DNA of 64,000 nucleotides from Nitrospirales bacterium (GCA_963422365.1 OY729426.1:1888001-1952000); one strand, 5' to 3'; shown: positions 39,099-51,300, numbered from the stretch's first letter. Program-made: numbers and translations. Notes: generated by a model from the letters alone, not told the origin.

Positions 39099-40736
39099 AT
39101 GCCCATCATGAGCAACCCACAATCGTCCGCAAGCTGCGACCCTCGCCCTCTCCTGCTTTCTCCGGATTTGGCGCCTGCGGAAGTCGCACGGTTGTTGGCT
39201 CCGTATAGATTCCATAATTGGAAGCAAGCCGACGCCAACCTGCAACTCATGGCCGGTGATCCTCGAAGCCGAAAACTGCTTGCTGACATTCTCCCTGATC
39301 TCTTGTACGCCGTCTCGGTAACGGCCGATCCGGATCAAGCTTTACGTGAATGGGAACGATACCTTGATGCCGGCAATGGAAGAGCCCAGGTCTTTAGCTT
39401 TTTGGCACAAGTGCCACACGTCTTGCAATTGGTCTGCGTCCTCTTTGGAAACAGTCCTGCCATGGCGGAAACGCTTATTCGAGACCCTATGCTGATTTAT
39501 TGGGTCGAGGATGAGCATATCCTGAAATCCCACCCCACTCCCAAACCACTCCGGACGGCGTTGCACCAAACCCTTGATCTTGTGCAAGCCTATGAACAGA
39601 AGCTTGACGTTCTTCGGCGCTTTCATCGGCGCGAAATGCTACGCATTGGCGCGCGGGATCTCTTTCGCGTTTCGTCCGTCAAGGAAACCGTTCACTCTCT
39701 GTCGCAACTCGCGGAAATTGTCATCCATGCCGCGTATCAGCTTGTCAACGAAACACTACAAAAAAAATACGGCATTCCCTCTCATCAAGGTCCCAAAGGC
39801 ACAACAAGTGAAACAGGGTTTGTGGTGTTGGGAATGGGAAAGTTAGGTGGCCGTGAACTCAATTACAGCTCCGATGTCGATCTCGTCTATTTATATGCGT
39901 CAAGCAACGGTCACACAAAAACCGTTAAAGGGCAGGCAGGTCTCGGCAATGAGGCTTTTTTCCAAATGCTCGCGAGAGAACTGACTCACGTCTTGTCGGC
40001 TTCTACTTCGGAAGGGTGTTTATTTCGAGTGGATTTGCGATTGAGACCTGAGGGGGCAGGTGGACCATTAGCATGGTCGAGCCGTGAAGCCATCAAATAC
40101 TATCAAACACGGGGAAGAAGTTGGGAGCGACTGGCCTTGTTCAAAGCTCGCGCCATAGCAGGGCAACGGTCTGTTGGCCAGGCCTTTCTCAGGAGGATTC
40201 GGCCGTTTGTCGTAGGGCGAGAAGAACGGGAACCCCACAACATTCTAGACACGGTTCGTGCGCTCAGGACACAGATTCACCAAAAAGTGGAACAAAAAGG
40301 GGAGCATGAACGCAACGTCAAACTCAGTCCCGGAGGAATTCGGGACATTGAATTCATTGTCCAGACTCTTCAATTACTGCATGTTCCAACGTATCCACAA
40401 TTGTTCGAGCCCAATACGATCACAAGCCTTCAATGTCTTTGTGACCTCAACCTCTTGCGAGCCTCGGATGGCAAAGCCTTGGAGGAAGCCTATCTGTTTT
40501 TGCGCGACGTCGAGCATAAACTCCAAATGGTTCATGAACTGCAAACCCATACCTTACCGATTCACCCTTCTGAATTGACCAAATGTGCCATCCGCATGGG
40601 TTATGCAGAACAACGTACCTCTTCTGCGGCTACAAGATTGCTTACCCGTTACCGATTCGTCCTGAATCAGGTTCAACGCCTCTATCAACAAATGTTGCCT
40701 TCACGATCGCATGCCACAGGTGATGGATCTCTATAA
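39099..40736 (+). CDS. glnE: GlnE adenylyl-removing half as a stand-alone gene
   Basis: GMGKLGGRELNYSSDVDL, FRVDLRLRPEG, WERLALFKAR, NVKLSPGGIRDIEFIVQ, YLFLRDVEHKLQ; only one NT domain in 545 aa. Confidence 0.87.
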   Translation: MPIMSNPQSSASCDPRPLLLSPDLAPAEVARLLAPYRFHNWKQADANLQLMAGDPRSRKLLADILPDLLYAVSVTADPDQALREWERYLDAGNGRAQVFSFLAQVPHVLQLVCVLFGNSPAMAETLIRDPMLIYWVEDEHILKSHPTPKPLRTALHQTLDLVQAYEQKLDVLRRFHRREMLRIGARDLFRVSSVKETVHSLSQLAEIVIHAAYQLVNETLQKKYGIPSHQGPKGTTSETGFVVLGMGKLGGRELNYSSDVDLVYLYASSNGHTKTVKGQAGLGNEAFFQMLARELTHVLSASTSEGCLFRVDLRLRPEGAGGPLAWSSREAIKYYQTRGRSWERLALFKARAIAGQRSVGQAFLRRIRPFVVGREEREPHNILDTVRALRTQIHQKVEQKGEHERNVKLSPGGIRDIEFIVQTLQLLHVPTYPQLFEPNTITSLQCLCDLNLLRASDGKALEEAYLFLRDVEHKLQMVHELQTHTLPIHPSELTKCAIRMGYAEQRTSSAATRLLTRYRFVLNQVQRLYQQMLPSRSHATGDGSL

Positions 40737-40997
40737 TTCTATTCTTGATAAAGAAGGCCGGTTTGCTGTATTTGAAAGAGACTTTCTAATATTTTTCAGC
40801 GCAATGTTGGTTAGGCTAGTATGTAAAACTCAAAGACTGTAAGTAATTCTGCCCCCTACTTCTCCTCCTAGCTTCTTAAGTACTGCTCGCGGTCCACCCT
40901 TTTGTAAGATGTGCGATGGTGAATGTTCATCTGAAAGATGACGTACACTGTGATCAAATATCGTCACGCGTGATAGCTATTGAGAGCGGTAATTCCA

Positions 40998-42251
40998 TGA
41001 TGCAAAGAAAATTGAAAACGATGTGTTAGCCTGTTACTAGCTGGTTGTGGGTGTGACTGTGGTGGGATCCCTGATGCTCTCGCAAGGGATTTGTTTACCG
41101 TGAATGTGAAGATTGACGACGGCAAGGAACAGATTTTTGGCTTTTCCAAGGCGGACAATGCACTGCGCACCTTTGAAGGCGTCAAACTTAAAGCGTTGTT
41201 TCCACAGTACGTGCCCGAGAAGAGTATGGTAGATGGCAAGATCAATTTCTGTGGCTTGGCTTTAAGCGGTGGCTACGATGAAAATGCAAAAAATCTTACC
41301 TTTGCGGTGCCGTCTTTGGGCATTAGTGAAAAATTTATAGGCAAGACGCGAAAGGAAAGCGTCGACAAGTTAGTAGACTTCCTGAAGAATGGAGAAGAGA
41401 AGGGAAAAGATCTTCTGCGACATATTTAACAGGAACTTTCCCGCACTTCTCCAGTAGACCCAGTCGTCGGCAACCCGAACAGTCTGCAATCCTCATTGGT
41501 GAAGAACGCATTCGATGATGGTATCTCGCGCACAACTCGCACGGTTAAGAAAAATGCCGGCTGGTATTACCGTGTCCGGCGGTACATTCAGGTCTGGTTC
41601 ATACAGGGGAAGTACTCTAACGTTACCATTGAGCTATGCAATCGAATTTAGTGAAGACTCTCGCAAGAAGCAGCTAAAGTTCAGGTTGCCTGTTACCTAC
41701 ATACAGGTCGAGGGGGGAGACGTGTTCAGCGCGCCTCCAGGCGTGGCATTGACGTTGCCCGTATCGGACAGCTGGTCGCTCACGCCGACTGTGTCCTATG
41801 GAGTGACCGGCTCAGTTGATTTAGCCTCCGCGTCTCAAATGCTAGGTGGTACGTTGACCAGTCGGAAGGAGTTTGACGACCTTCGGATCAAAGACACAAA
41901 GGTTACTCTGGCAAACATGATCGGATATCTCACCACGCTGAAGGTCGCGATAGGCGATATTGTCTATGACCCCGGGATTGTCAACATGGTCTACAAGAAT
42001 GGAATCACGGTTGAATCCCCGTTGGGATTTCAGATGTTCGAGTGGCATCCTGTGACACTGGAGGCATCGTATACCCATTCTTACTTTGCAGGAACAGAGT
42101 TGTTTTTGAATCAGTATCATGAGGTGGCGCCGAGTATGGGGTCCGGATCGGATGCGCTTGATTGGCTTCCCTCCGACCTGCAGCGGGGAGTTACCTCTGT
42201 ATTCGGGGAAGATTTTGACTCGTTCACCGCAATTTCGGCTACAGCTTCTGA
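40998..42251 (+). pseudogene. Degraded exported/outer-membrane beta-barrel protein gene
   Basis: Signal-peptide-like start with frameshift; in-frame TAA at 41427 followed by open QELSRTSPVDPVVGNPNSL; frameshift near 41560; beta-strand-rich ORF 41515-42279; shifted frame ends NFGYSF-TGA. Confidence 0.7.
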
Positions 42252-42340
42252 GCTAAGGCTTGGTCGCGGTTTATTTTAGGCCGTTGGGGGGGGGAACTTT
42301 TCAGGGAAAATGAGGGTTTCCGTGGTTTGGGAGAAGGAAG

Positions 42341-42568
42341 GTGCCTGTGAGTGATCGCAAGTCTGGGACAGACAAATGGTTTAATGATCGAAGAGGGTTC
42401 GGCTTTATTCGAGTTGAAGGAGAACAAGACGTCTTCGTGCATTATTCGGCTCTTCAGGGCAAGAGATTTAAGACGCTGAAGGAAGGTGAGCCCATTGAAT
42501 TCGATCTCGTGGAAGGAAAGAAGGGGCCGCAAGCCGCTAATGTGGTGAAACGGCCCAGCACACAATAA
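42341..42568 (+). CDS. Cold-shock protein
   Basis: [12 protein letters not shown] (RNP1), DVFVHYSAL (RNP2), [10 protein letters not shown]. Confidence 0.93.
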   Translation: MPVSDRKSGTDKWFNDRRGFGFIRVEGEQDVFVHYSALQGKRFKTLKEGEPIEFDLVEGKKGPQAANVVKRPSTQ

Positions 42569-42699
42569 TCAGCCAATACCTAGGTTTAGACCAGCATATT
42601 CTTGGCGTTGTTGATAAGCCGAATTAATCACAAAATCTTTTTTTGACCTTATAAGATTTAAGGGTTTGTTGCTTCTCATCTTCCTAAACTGGCAAATAT

Positions 42700-42865
42700 A
42701 TGTTGCTAGTCTAGAGCCAGACAAATTTCTGTGTTGGCGTTGGTTGCTGCCGTGACAGTGTCCGGTTGCAGCGGCGTCTACCGCGGCTTTGAGTCCACAC
42801 CAGGATTTACCTCAAACAGCGATGAACCTCCTTACATAATGAGAAAAATTTCAGATTCAAGTTAG
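42700..42865 (+). pseudogene. Frameshifted small lipoprotein remnant
   Basis: Frame from 42710 reads SRARQISVLALVAAVTVSGC-SGVYRG (lipobox VSGC); ATG 42700 is one base out of frame. Confidence 0.45.
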
Positions 42866-43201
42866 TACCACTTCCTTATTTTTCTTCTTCCAAATTCTCG
42901 CGCCTCACTTTTTTCCATTCGGTCCAGTGTGCCTGAATCCTTTTTCAGGCTTTCTCTTGTAGACAGCCGGATTTAGGTCGATATTGCTGTAGCCACAGCA
43001 TCTATGCGGCCGAATCTCAGCCAACAGGTGTGAGGGTAACGGCTAGAAAAATGAATGCACCTGTTTGCCCACGTGCCATAACATGGCGTCGCTATAATTT
43101 TTCATGGTCTTTTTTTCGAGATTTCTTGATCTTTTCTGGGATGTGGTTATCTGACGGGAGAAGATACGTCATCAAACGTGCGAGCAGAGGAGTCGAAGAC
43201 A

Positions 43202-45796
43202 ATGGATATGAACCGCATGACTTTGAAAGTCCAAGAGGCGCTGCAAGCAGCGTCTGCTCTTGCCGTGCATCGGAACCATCAGGGTATCGATATCGAGCAC
43301 GTGTTGGTGGGATTACTGGAAGACCCCGATGGGTCCGCCGGCCCGATCTTGGAACAAACCGGCGTATCTGTTTCTGCCGTTCAAGCCAAGGCCGAAGAAC
43401 GACTCGAAAAAGTTCCTCGAGTCCACGGTGCTGGAGCAGCACCCGGACATCTTCACTTCACCCAACGAACAACAACGCTTCTTTCTCGTGCCGAGGAAGA
43501 AAAACAAGCTTTAAAAGATGAGTACATCAGTGTCGAGCATCTCCTGCTAGCAATGGTGGACTATGACGGTGTACTGAAAAAGCTAGGGGTGACAAGGGAG
43601 AAACTGTTAGCCGGGCTCCAACACATTCGCGGCAATCAACGAGTCACCAGTCAAGATCCTGAAGGGACGTTTCAGGCGTTGGAAAAATATGGCAGGGATC
43701 TGACCAAGTTGGCTGGACAGGGAAAGCTGGATCCCGTCATCGGTCGCGATGAGGAAATTCGACGGACGATTCAGATTTTATCGAGACGGACGAAAAATAA
43801 TCCCGTTCTCATTGGTGAACCCGGAGTCGGGAAAACGGCCATCGTCGAGGGGCTGGCCCAACGGATGATCAAGGGAGACGTTCCTGAAGGGTTGAAACAG
43901 AAGCGCGTGGTGGTTCTCGACATGGGCGCATTGGTGGCAGGGGCCAAATTTCGAGGAGAGTTTGAGGAACGGTTGAAAGCCGTTTTGAAAGAAATTCAAT
44001 CATCGCAGGGTCATATTCTTCTCTTTATCGATGAACTGCACACCGTCGTGGGCACGGGAGCGGCGGAAGGAGCCATGGACGCCGCCAATCTGCTGAAGCC
44101 GATGCTTGCGAGAGGAGAGCTTCATCTGATCGGTGCGACGACCTTGGATGAATATCGTAAGCATATTGAAAAAGATGCGGCACTTGAGCGTCGTTTCCAA
44201 CCCGTGGTCGTGGAACAACCCTCAGTGGAAAACACGATTTCGATTCTGAGGGGACTCAAGGAACGGTATGAAGTTCATCATGGGGTCCGTATTAAAGATG
44301 CGGCTTTGGTTGCAGCCGCACGGCTGTCTCATCGGTATATCGGCGACCGATTTCTTCCAGACAAGGCCATCGATCTCGTCGATGAATCTGCCGCGCGACT
44401 TCGTACGGAAATCGACAGCATGCCAGCCGAATTAGATGAAGTCTCGCGAAAGGTCCTGCAACTCGAAATTGAACGAGAAGCCTTAAAAAAGGAAGACGAT
44501 CCAGGCAGCCAAGCAAGACTGGAAACGTTGGAAAAGGAACTTGAGGGCAAGCGTCAAGAATGCACTGACTTGAAACAACGATGGGACGCGGAAAAATCTG
44601 CTGTCGGGCGATTACAACGGATTCGGCAACAGATTGAAGACTTCAAACATCAGATTGAAAAAGCTGAACGTGAATATGATCTCAATCGTGTTGCAGAACT
44701 CCGATATGGAACAATGCCTCGGCTGGAGAGAGAACTTCAGGCTGAAGAAGAACATCTTGACCGACAAGAAGGCGAGTCACGTCTTTTAAAAGAGGAGGTT
44801 GATGAAGAAGATATTGCAGAAGTTGTCAGCCGATGGACGGGTATTCCTGTTCGCCGACTTCTCCAGGGAGAAATGGAAAAACTTCTACAATTGGGCGAAT
44901 GGCTTCATCAACGCGTCGTCGGACAGGAGGAAGGGGTTCGGGCCGTCGCCGATGCCGTGCTTCGGGCACGATCAGGCATCAATGACCCCAATCGGCCCAT
45001 TGGATCGTTTTTATTTCTTGGCCCAACCGGCGTGGGAAAAACTGAACTGGCACGAGCCTTGGCTCATATCCTCTTTGATGATGAGGCCAATCTCATTCGG
45101 ATTGATCTGTCGGAATACATGGAAAAACACACAGTCGCGCGACTCATCGGCGCCCCGCCTGGCTATGTCGGATACGAAGAGGGTGGGCAATTGACCGAAG
45201 CCGTGAGGCGTCACCCTTTTTGCGTGATTCTATTGGACGAAATCGAGAAAGCCCACCATGATGTATCTAATGTTCTGCTTCAGGTGCTTGATGACGGCCG
45301 ATTGACCGATTCCCAAGGAAGAACCGTCGATTTTAAGAATACCGTATTGATGATGACGTCGAATGTCGGCAGTCAAGAAATTTTAGAAGCACAAGAACAC
45401 GGACGAACCTATGAAGAATTGCACACGATGGTTTTGAATGAGGTCAAGCACCATTTCCGTCCGGAATTCTTGAATCGCATCGATGAAACCGTCGTGTTTC
45501 ATCCGCTGAGTACGGATGCAGTCGGTCGAATCGCGGACATTCAACTGGCTCGATTAAGAGCCAGATTGGAGGACCGAAGAATTCGTTTGGAGGTAACCGA
45601 CGAGGCGTTATCGAATTTAGGAACGCGCGGCTATAGTCCCCTGTATGGGGCTCGACCGTTGAAACGATTGATCCAACATGATGTGGAAACACCCTTGTCG
45701 AAGCTTCTGGTAAAAGGAGAGGTAAAGCACGGTGACGCGGTGATGGTCGATTGTAAAGATGGGCAGGTGGTGCTCATCCCCGTCATTCAGGAATGA
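43202..45796 (+). CDS. clpB: ATP-dependent chaperone ClpB
   Basis: Two AAA+ modules ([16 protein letters not shown]), coiled-coil middle domain, [13 protein letters not shown], no IGF loop. Confidence 0.98.
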   Translation: MDMNRMTLKVQEALQAASALAVHRNHQGIDIEHVLVGLLEDPDGSAGPILEQTGVSVSAVQAKAEERLEKVPRVHGAGAAPGHLHFTQRTTTLLSRAEEEKQALKDEYISVEHLLLAMVDYDGVLKKLGVTREKLLAGLQHIRGNQRVTSQDPEGTFQALEKYGRDLTKLAGQGKLDPVIGRDEEIRRTIQILSRRTKNNPVLIGEPGVGKTAIVEGLAQRMIKGDVPEGLKQKRVVVLDMGALVAGAKFRGEFEERLKAVLKEIQSSQGHILLFIDELHTVVGTGAAEGAMDAANLLKPMLARGELHLIGATTLDEYRKHIEKDAALERRFQPVVVEQPSVENTISILRGLKERYEVHHGVRIKDAALVAAARLSHRYIGDRFLPDKAIDLVDESAARLRTEIDSMPAELDEVSRKVLQLEIEREALKKEDDPGSQARLETLEKELEGKRQECTDLKQRWDAEKSAVGRLQRIRQQIEDFKHQIEKAEREYDLNRVAELRYGTMPRLERELQAEEEHLDRQEGESRLLKEEVDEEDIAEVVSRWTGIPVRRLLQGEMEKLLQLGEWLHQRVVGQEEGVRAVADAVLRARSGINDPNRPIGSFLFLGPTGVGKTELARALAHILFDDEANLIRIDLSEYMEKHTVARLIGAPPGYVGYEEGGQLTEAVRRHPFCVILLDEIEKAHHDVSNVLLQVLDDGRLTDSQGRTVDFKNTVLMMTSNVGSQEILEAQEHGRTYEELHTMVLNEVKHHFRPEFLNRIDETVVFHPLSTDAVGRIADIQLARLRARLEDRRIRLEVTDEALSNLGTRGYSPLYGARPLKRLIQHDVETPLSKLLVKGEVKHGDAVMVDCKDGQVVLIPVIQE

Positions 45797-45875
45797 GCGC
45801 ACCTTTGGGAAAAAGAACCTTGGATTCAATAGATCGAGGGCTTTTTCTGATACGCAACCACATCAGTTGCACGGC

Positions 45876-46607
45876 TTAGTTTTTGGTTGCCGTCATAATG
45901 GTTTGACGAAGCCAGAATGAGTGGTCATTCGTGACAGACTTGGTCACGAAAATATCCACAGGCCGAACTTTTTCCCCGTAATAGGCTTCATTGGAACCAT
46001 CGTCTGCAAAAATAATAGAGCCTTCCAATGATACACCCGCATAGGCCCCTTTTGACCGCGAAAACGAAAGAAAATCAGCGTTCAAATTGGCTGAGGTTGC
46101 ACCCCCGACTCCAGCTCCATAGGGCCCGGCTGCAATAGAGGCATCCCCACCGAGTTTAAAGGATGAAGCCGCAGAGAGTTTTTCGACTGCTTCTTGTGTC
46201 ATGGCCAAGAGGATAACCTCTGAGGCTTCCCCGCCCCATTGAAATCCAAAGCTGAATCCACCCACGACATAAAAGGCTGGTTGACTCCACTCACCTGTCC
46301 GTTCGTCACGGACGACCAAGACCCCACTTCCCCCGTCTGCACCGATAAAGAAGGCCGCCTTTAATTGTTGTGGAATAATCAAAAGGGCTTTGGCTGCTTT
46401 GATGTGATCCTGAAACCAAGTCAAATGAGGATCCTTCGTAAAACTTTCAACGGTGTGTCGGGCTTTTTCCACAAGTTGTTGCTCATCCAGACCGCTGGCC
46501 AAGGCAGGAGTCCCACAAAAGCAAAGGAGAAGAAGTCCCCTCATCCACAGCCATAGCGGTTTCTTGTGTGAGTGTCGTTGTTTGTCGGACTGGCTTTCTT
46601 GTGTCAT
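45876..46607 (-). CDS. Ysc84/SYLF lipid-binding domain exported protein
   Basis: LLIIP..KAAFFIG..GGSGV, WSQPAF, SFGFQWG, KLGGDASIAAGP, SRSKGAYAGVSLEG. Confidence 0.9.
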   Translation of the reverse strand: MTQESQSDKQRHSHKKPLWLWMRGLLLLCFCGTPALASGLDEQQLVEKARHTVESFTKDPHLTWFQDHIKAAKALLIIPQQLKAAFFIGADGGSGVLVVRDERTGEWSQPAFYVVGGFSFGFQWGGEASEVILLAMTQEAVEKLSAASSFKLGGDASIAAGPYGAGVGGATSANLNADFLSFSRSKGAYAGVSLEGSIIFADDGSNEAYYGEKVRPVDIFVTKSVTNDHSFWLRQTIMTATKN

Positions 46608-46829
46608 GGATTTTCCCCTTCGTGAAACAACCATGAAAGAAACTCTGTTATCCATTCTCTCTTATTTTCAAAAAGAGCAAGAACGGGACATCAGCCTAGG
46701 GGCGTATGGATCGTAATTCATGAAGTGATTCTCAAAAAACAAGTAAAAACCGAAGGTTTGGACAAGAGTAAATTTTGAACCGGAAAGAACGGTTCGTTTT
46801 AGTGCGTAGACCTCGCTGTCATTTTAGAC

Positions 46830-47252
46830 TCATTCGCCCATGATCTGGACGATGATCTCTCGAGATCGTGCTCGTGTATCAAAATCGAGAATGACAATTT
46901 CTTGCCAGGTTCCTAAAAGGAGTTGTTTGTCGGCAAAGGGAATGGTAAGGGATGGCCCCTGGATTTGGCCCCGCAAATGACTATGCCCGTTATTTTCTCC
47001 AGGATTTCTGGTGTTATGCTGCCATGTGGAATCAGCAGGAATCAGGCGATCCCAAATGGTTTTGGTGTCGTCTCGCAAGCCTGGCTCATCCTCGATAATA
47101 AGGACCGAGGCGGTGGTATGTTTCACGAATATTGTCACAATTCCAGCTTGTAAGGGTGCGTGGGAAAGAAACTGCCGAATAGAAGCAGAAATATTCTCAA
47201 TCTGCGAATTGCCTTGCATCGTCACCGAAAAATGGTGAGTGATCACAGGCAT
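46830..47252 (-). CDS. yjbQ: YjbQ/UPF0047 family protein
   Basis: KHTTAS, NGHSHL, LGTWQEIVILDFD. Confidence 0.92.
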   Translation of the reverse strand: MPVITHHFSVTMQGNSQIENISASIRQFLSHAPLQAGIVTIFVKHTTASVLIIEDEPGLRDDTKTIWDRLIPADSTWQHNTRNPGENNGHSHLRGQIQGPSLTIPFADKQLLLGTWQEIVILDFDTRARSREIIVQIMGE

Positions 47253-47265
47253 CGGATTTTGTATC

Positions 47266-48150
47266 TCAGAGGGATCGCAGAAATCGTTGTTCGCGTCGCG
47301 ACAATATCCCACCTCGAGCCGCTTTGAGTATGGAGTCGAAGATCCCAGAGGCTGTTAATTGTCGAACGGCCTTTACTACCCTTGCACTTAAGCGGCCTTG
47401 CCGTTGTAATGAGTCAAGATAGTGAAAGGCGTCATAAAAGCTTTCTTGGGAGCGCGTATAGTAGTCCGCTCCCCGTCGACGATTACTATAGGCTTCCAAT
47501 TGCTCACAAGCGACAAGGATTTCCCCCAGTTCTTTGACCCATCCCGGAGCCTTCTCCAGTTTTTCAGGGTAATAATAATACAACGTGACCTGTTCCATCC
47601 AGGGCAACCAACGAATTTCCAGGCTTTCTAAGAAGGGCTTCACCTTTTTGAGTTGCCGACGATGGCGACGTGCAAATCCTAAACGCATTTCGACTTGCTC
47701 GCATGCCCACTTGGTGAGCGGCAATCCTTCTTCGGCCAATGGTTGACGGTACGCCTTCACGAACGCTTCAGTTTCTTTGCCATAACTCGAATAGGGGTGT
47801 CGCGATCGCCATTCGGCAGGTCTCGTTGGAATATTGTGGTGACGCGCCCAGGACCATAGTTTGCCAAAAAGACGGCGGTCAAGCCCTGCTCTTCCCAAAT
47901 CATGGAAGAGACAGGCAATTTGAAATTGGCGGACTCGTGATCGTTCATACGAGAGATGTTGGGCAACGACTGCACACATCTTCGCCGTTCGAAAGGCATG
48001 GGCCTTGTCATATCCTCTAATAATGGTATGGGATTTCAGAGGATGGGGATAGTCGTAACATGTTAGCAGCGTCTTGACTAGGGCTTGGGGCACCAGAAGA
48101 AATGGATATGGTGATTGCGAAGGAGGCCGTGGTCGGGAGGAAGATCTCAT
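47266..48150 (-). CDS. HD-domain-like protein
   Basis: AHAFRTAKMC and ACLFHDLGR resemble HD-superfamily motifs; function unknown. Confidence 0.65.
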   Translation of the reverse strand: MRSSSRPRPPSQSPYPFLLVPQALVKTLLTCYDYPHPLKSHTIIRGYDKAHAFRTAKMCAVVAQHLSYERSRVRQFQIACLFHDLGRAGLDRRLFGKLWSWARHHNIPTRPAEWRSRHPYSSYGKETEAFVKAYRQPLAEEGLPLTKWACEQVEMRLGFARRHRRQLKKVKPFLESLEIRWLPWMEQVTLYYYYPEKLEKAPGWVKELGEILVACEQLEAYSNRRRGADYYTRSQESFYDAFHYLDSLQRQGRLSARVVKAVRQLTASGIFDSILKAARGGILSRREQRFLRSL

Positions 48151-48385
48151 GGCTTCGGAACTGCCGATAGAATAACAAGCGAACATTTGTTAGAATTGGG
48201 GAAAACCCTAACGGTGAAATCGTCAAACTGTCAAGAAAATGTTACGGCGGTGATGGTGGAGGAGATGAGCCACTACCCGTCTGAAGAGGACATGAAGGTT
48301 GAGCCCAAAGTTGTGCCTTTGCGAGAATGTCAATTTGTTTGACCCGCAAGATTTGCGGTCAAGATAGTCAGCCGAGAGTGAACAC

Positions 48386-51300
48386 ATGATGTCCAAGCGA
48401 AAACGCCTGATTTCCAGCCTGTTTCTTATTATGATTCTTTGTGTTCTGGGTGTGGTGTATGTTGCGACATTTCACCTGGAGGATTTGCAACGAGTGGTTC
48501 GAGATCTCATCGTGAGGTCCTTTGGAGAACACGTCACGGTCGAACAACTTCATGTAAACTTCTTACCGTATCCGCAGTTAGAATTAGTGGATATCAGTAT
48601 CAATGACCCCAAGCAGGGCACCCCAATTTTTCAGGCCTCTCACATTCAACTCGATCTCAGTTTCTTATCCTTAATGCAAGAGACGCCCATGCCGCATGCG
48701 TTGATCATAAAGAACGCCTTTCTTGATCTTGAACGAGATGAACAAGGGCAATGGAACTATCGAAAAATTTTTCAAGAAGGAATGGCTGATAGGGTAGGGA
48801 TAGGGACTTGGCTCTCAGGGCGTTCCTTGAAATTCATCAATGGATCAGTCCACCTAGAGGACCGGTATCGCCGCGAAGTCACTTTTATTGTCCAGGTGGA
48901 AGAAGTGGAATTGCAGGTTGAACAATTAGTGCTGGATGGTCCTACGGAAGTGTTTCTTTCCGCGCGACTTTCCAAAGGAGACACGGGATCCATTATTTCC
49001 TCCTACGGAACCCTCCAACATATCGGCGGATTTCTCGAGTTTGAATCAATGGCACAGCTTGAGGCTTCGCCTCAACTCGATCTGCACACTCGCTTGGAAT
49101 TTGATCGAAAAACTCTTTTGCAACTGGCTGATCTTTTCAAGGTGCGTGAGGTACCGATAGGGTTGCAAGGTCGAACCAAAGCCCAAGGGCATATCCATTT
49201 CGCTCCCGGTCCTCTTGGGTATGATTTGGTGTTATCCGATCTTGTGGTGTTAACGGACAATATTGACCTCAATGCAGAAGTCAGGATGATGGGTGTATTG
49301 CAGCCCGAGCCCCCGACCTTCTCTAGTCAATGGACGAGTACCCCCGTAGCTGTTCAGCATTTACCCCAATTGCTTCCCCAAGAGCTCGTCCCTTCAGAGC
49401 TGTCTGATGCCATTTATCGTCAAACCATGAGTGGAAAGATCCAAGCGGTTTCGGCAACATTGACGAGCTCCGCCAGTCAAGAAGTGGGATATTCCTTGAC
49501 AGGAAAATTTCACTTTTCGGAAGGAACGTTGGCCTTCGGATCGAAGTGGGGAAAAGCCGAAGGGATCACAGGAACGATTGATATTCAGCCGGGCCAGATT
49601 CGTCTGTTGGATTTTCATGGACGATATGAGCAAATTCCCATGGATCGAGTAACAGGCACGATTGACTTGACCGAGCAGGGTCCTTGGTTAACGACGGAAT
49701 TCGGAGGGACGGTCTCCTCAAAAAGATTCGTCGGTATCATGCACAACATATTTGAGTGGAATACCCCACGACATCCGATGAAATCTTTACAAGGCACAGC
49801 AGGGAGTGGAGCACTCACTGTACGATTCGCCGGACCGCTCAAGAATCCTCGAGCCATCACGTTCCAAAGTGCCGAGTATCATCCGGCGCAGATCGCGGTG
49901 CAACTCCCTGGCTTGCATGCTCCCCTCACCCAAGTAGAGGGAATCTTTGCCTTTTCCCCCAAACATCTTCGGTTTGAACAGATAACAGGGCTTTATGGGC
50001 AAAGCGATTTTCGAATCGAAGGAACTATGACATTTGAAGAACAACCCTACCTTGATGGCGTGAAAATTCAGGGTCGTTTCAGTGACAATGATCTGGTCAA
50101 TCTTTTTTCCGATCAAACCCTTTCAGCGCAAAAGATCATTTCAGGTCAAGCTGACTACCTCGTCGTGGTCGACGGCAAACTGCAAACCCCCACCGTGAAA
50201 GGAAGAGTGGCGTTGCAAGGATTAGAGATTCTTCTACCGGGAATCCTCTCCAAACATCCAACCCTTGTCGGAAATCTAAATTTTCACATTCGGATTGGCA
50301 AAAATCGTCAACTTGCTTTCGAACGCATTGCCCTGACCCTTCCCTCTATCCGCCTCGCGGGACGAGGGGAGTTTTCTTACGAAGAAACGCTGACCTTTAA
50401 GGCGTTCCTTACGGCTAAACCGATAAACTTCGAGTTGTTGCCGCCGGGGCTTGCATTATTTGACAAGACATTTTCCTCTGGGACCTTGGAAGGCTTTGTC
50501 GATCTTCAGGGAACGGGGAGTGATTGGAGGTCATGGAACAAATCGGGATGGGTGGCGTTAACAAATGGAGCCGTCAAAATCGAGGGGGTACGGGCACCGA
50601 TTTCTCAGGTAGTTCTTCGGGTCAAACTGGATGGGCATACCGCTGAACTAAGGCACCTTCAATGGAATATCGATGAAAGCCAGGCTAAGGCTACGGGAAT
50701 CATCCGAACGTGGGACAGCACACCGGAAATGAAATTGACATTCACGGCGCCGCAATTCGATATTGGTCTTTTGATACCAAAGGAAGAACCATCTCCACTT
50801 CGAGCATTCCTGGAAAAAATCGCCGAAACAGCCACAGTCACAGGGAGTCTGCGTTTCGATCGTGCATGGTACCACAACTTGCATTTTAAGAAGTTAACCG
50901 GCCAATTCCGAATCCAAAACAGCACAATCGGCGTTGACCACATTCAGGGAACAACCGACAACGGTACGGTTCACGGACGCTTTTTCGTCCATCTCCCTGC
51001 TCAACAGCCTGCCGCGATGAAAACATGGTTTACCGTGAACAAGATTCCCTTGTTAACCTTAGAACAAACCTTTTTCAATGAGCAGGCACTGGATGAACGA
51101 TTGATGACAGGTCTGATGTCTGCTGAGGGTACCATTCAAGGAAATGGCAAGGATCCACATGGCGTGCTCCCAACCCTCAATGGAACGTTGCAACTTTCGA
51201 TCGTGGATGGACAAATCAAAAAAGGTACGGTGATCCCAAAAATATTGACCATCATGAACCTGCCAAGCGTGCTGCAGGGGATGGTCGATCTCGAGAAAGA

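Noticed and set aside
40948..40967. TGTGA...TCACG CRP/FNR-like site
   Set aside because: Spacer is 10 nt rather than 6.
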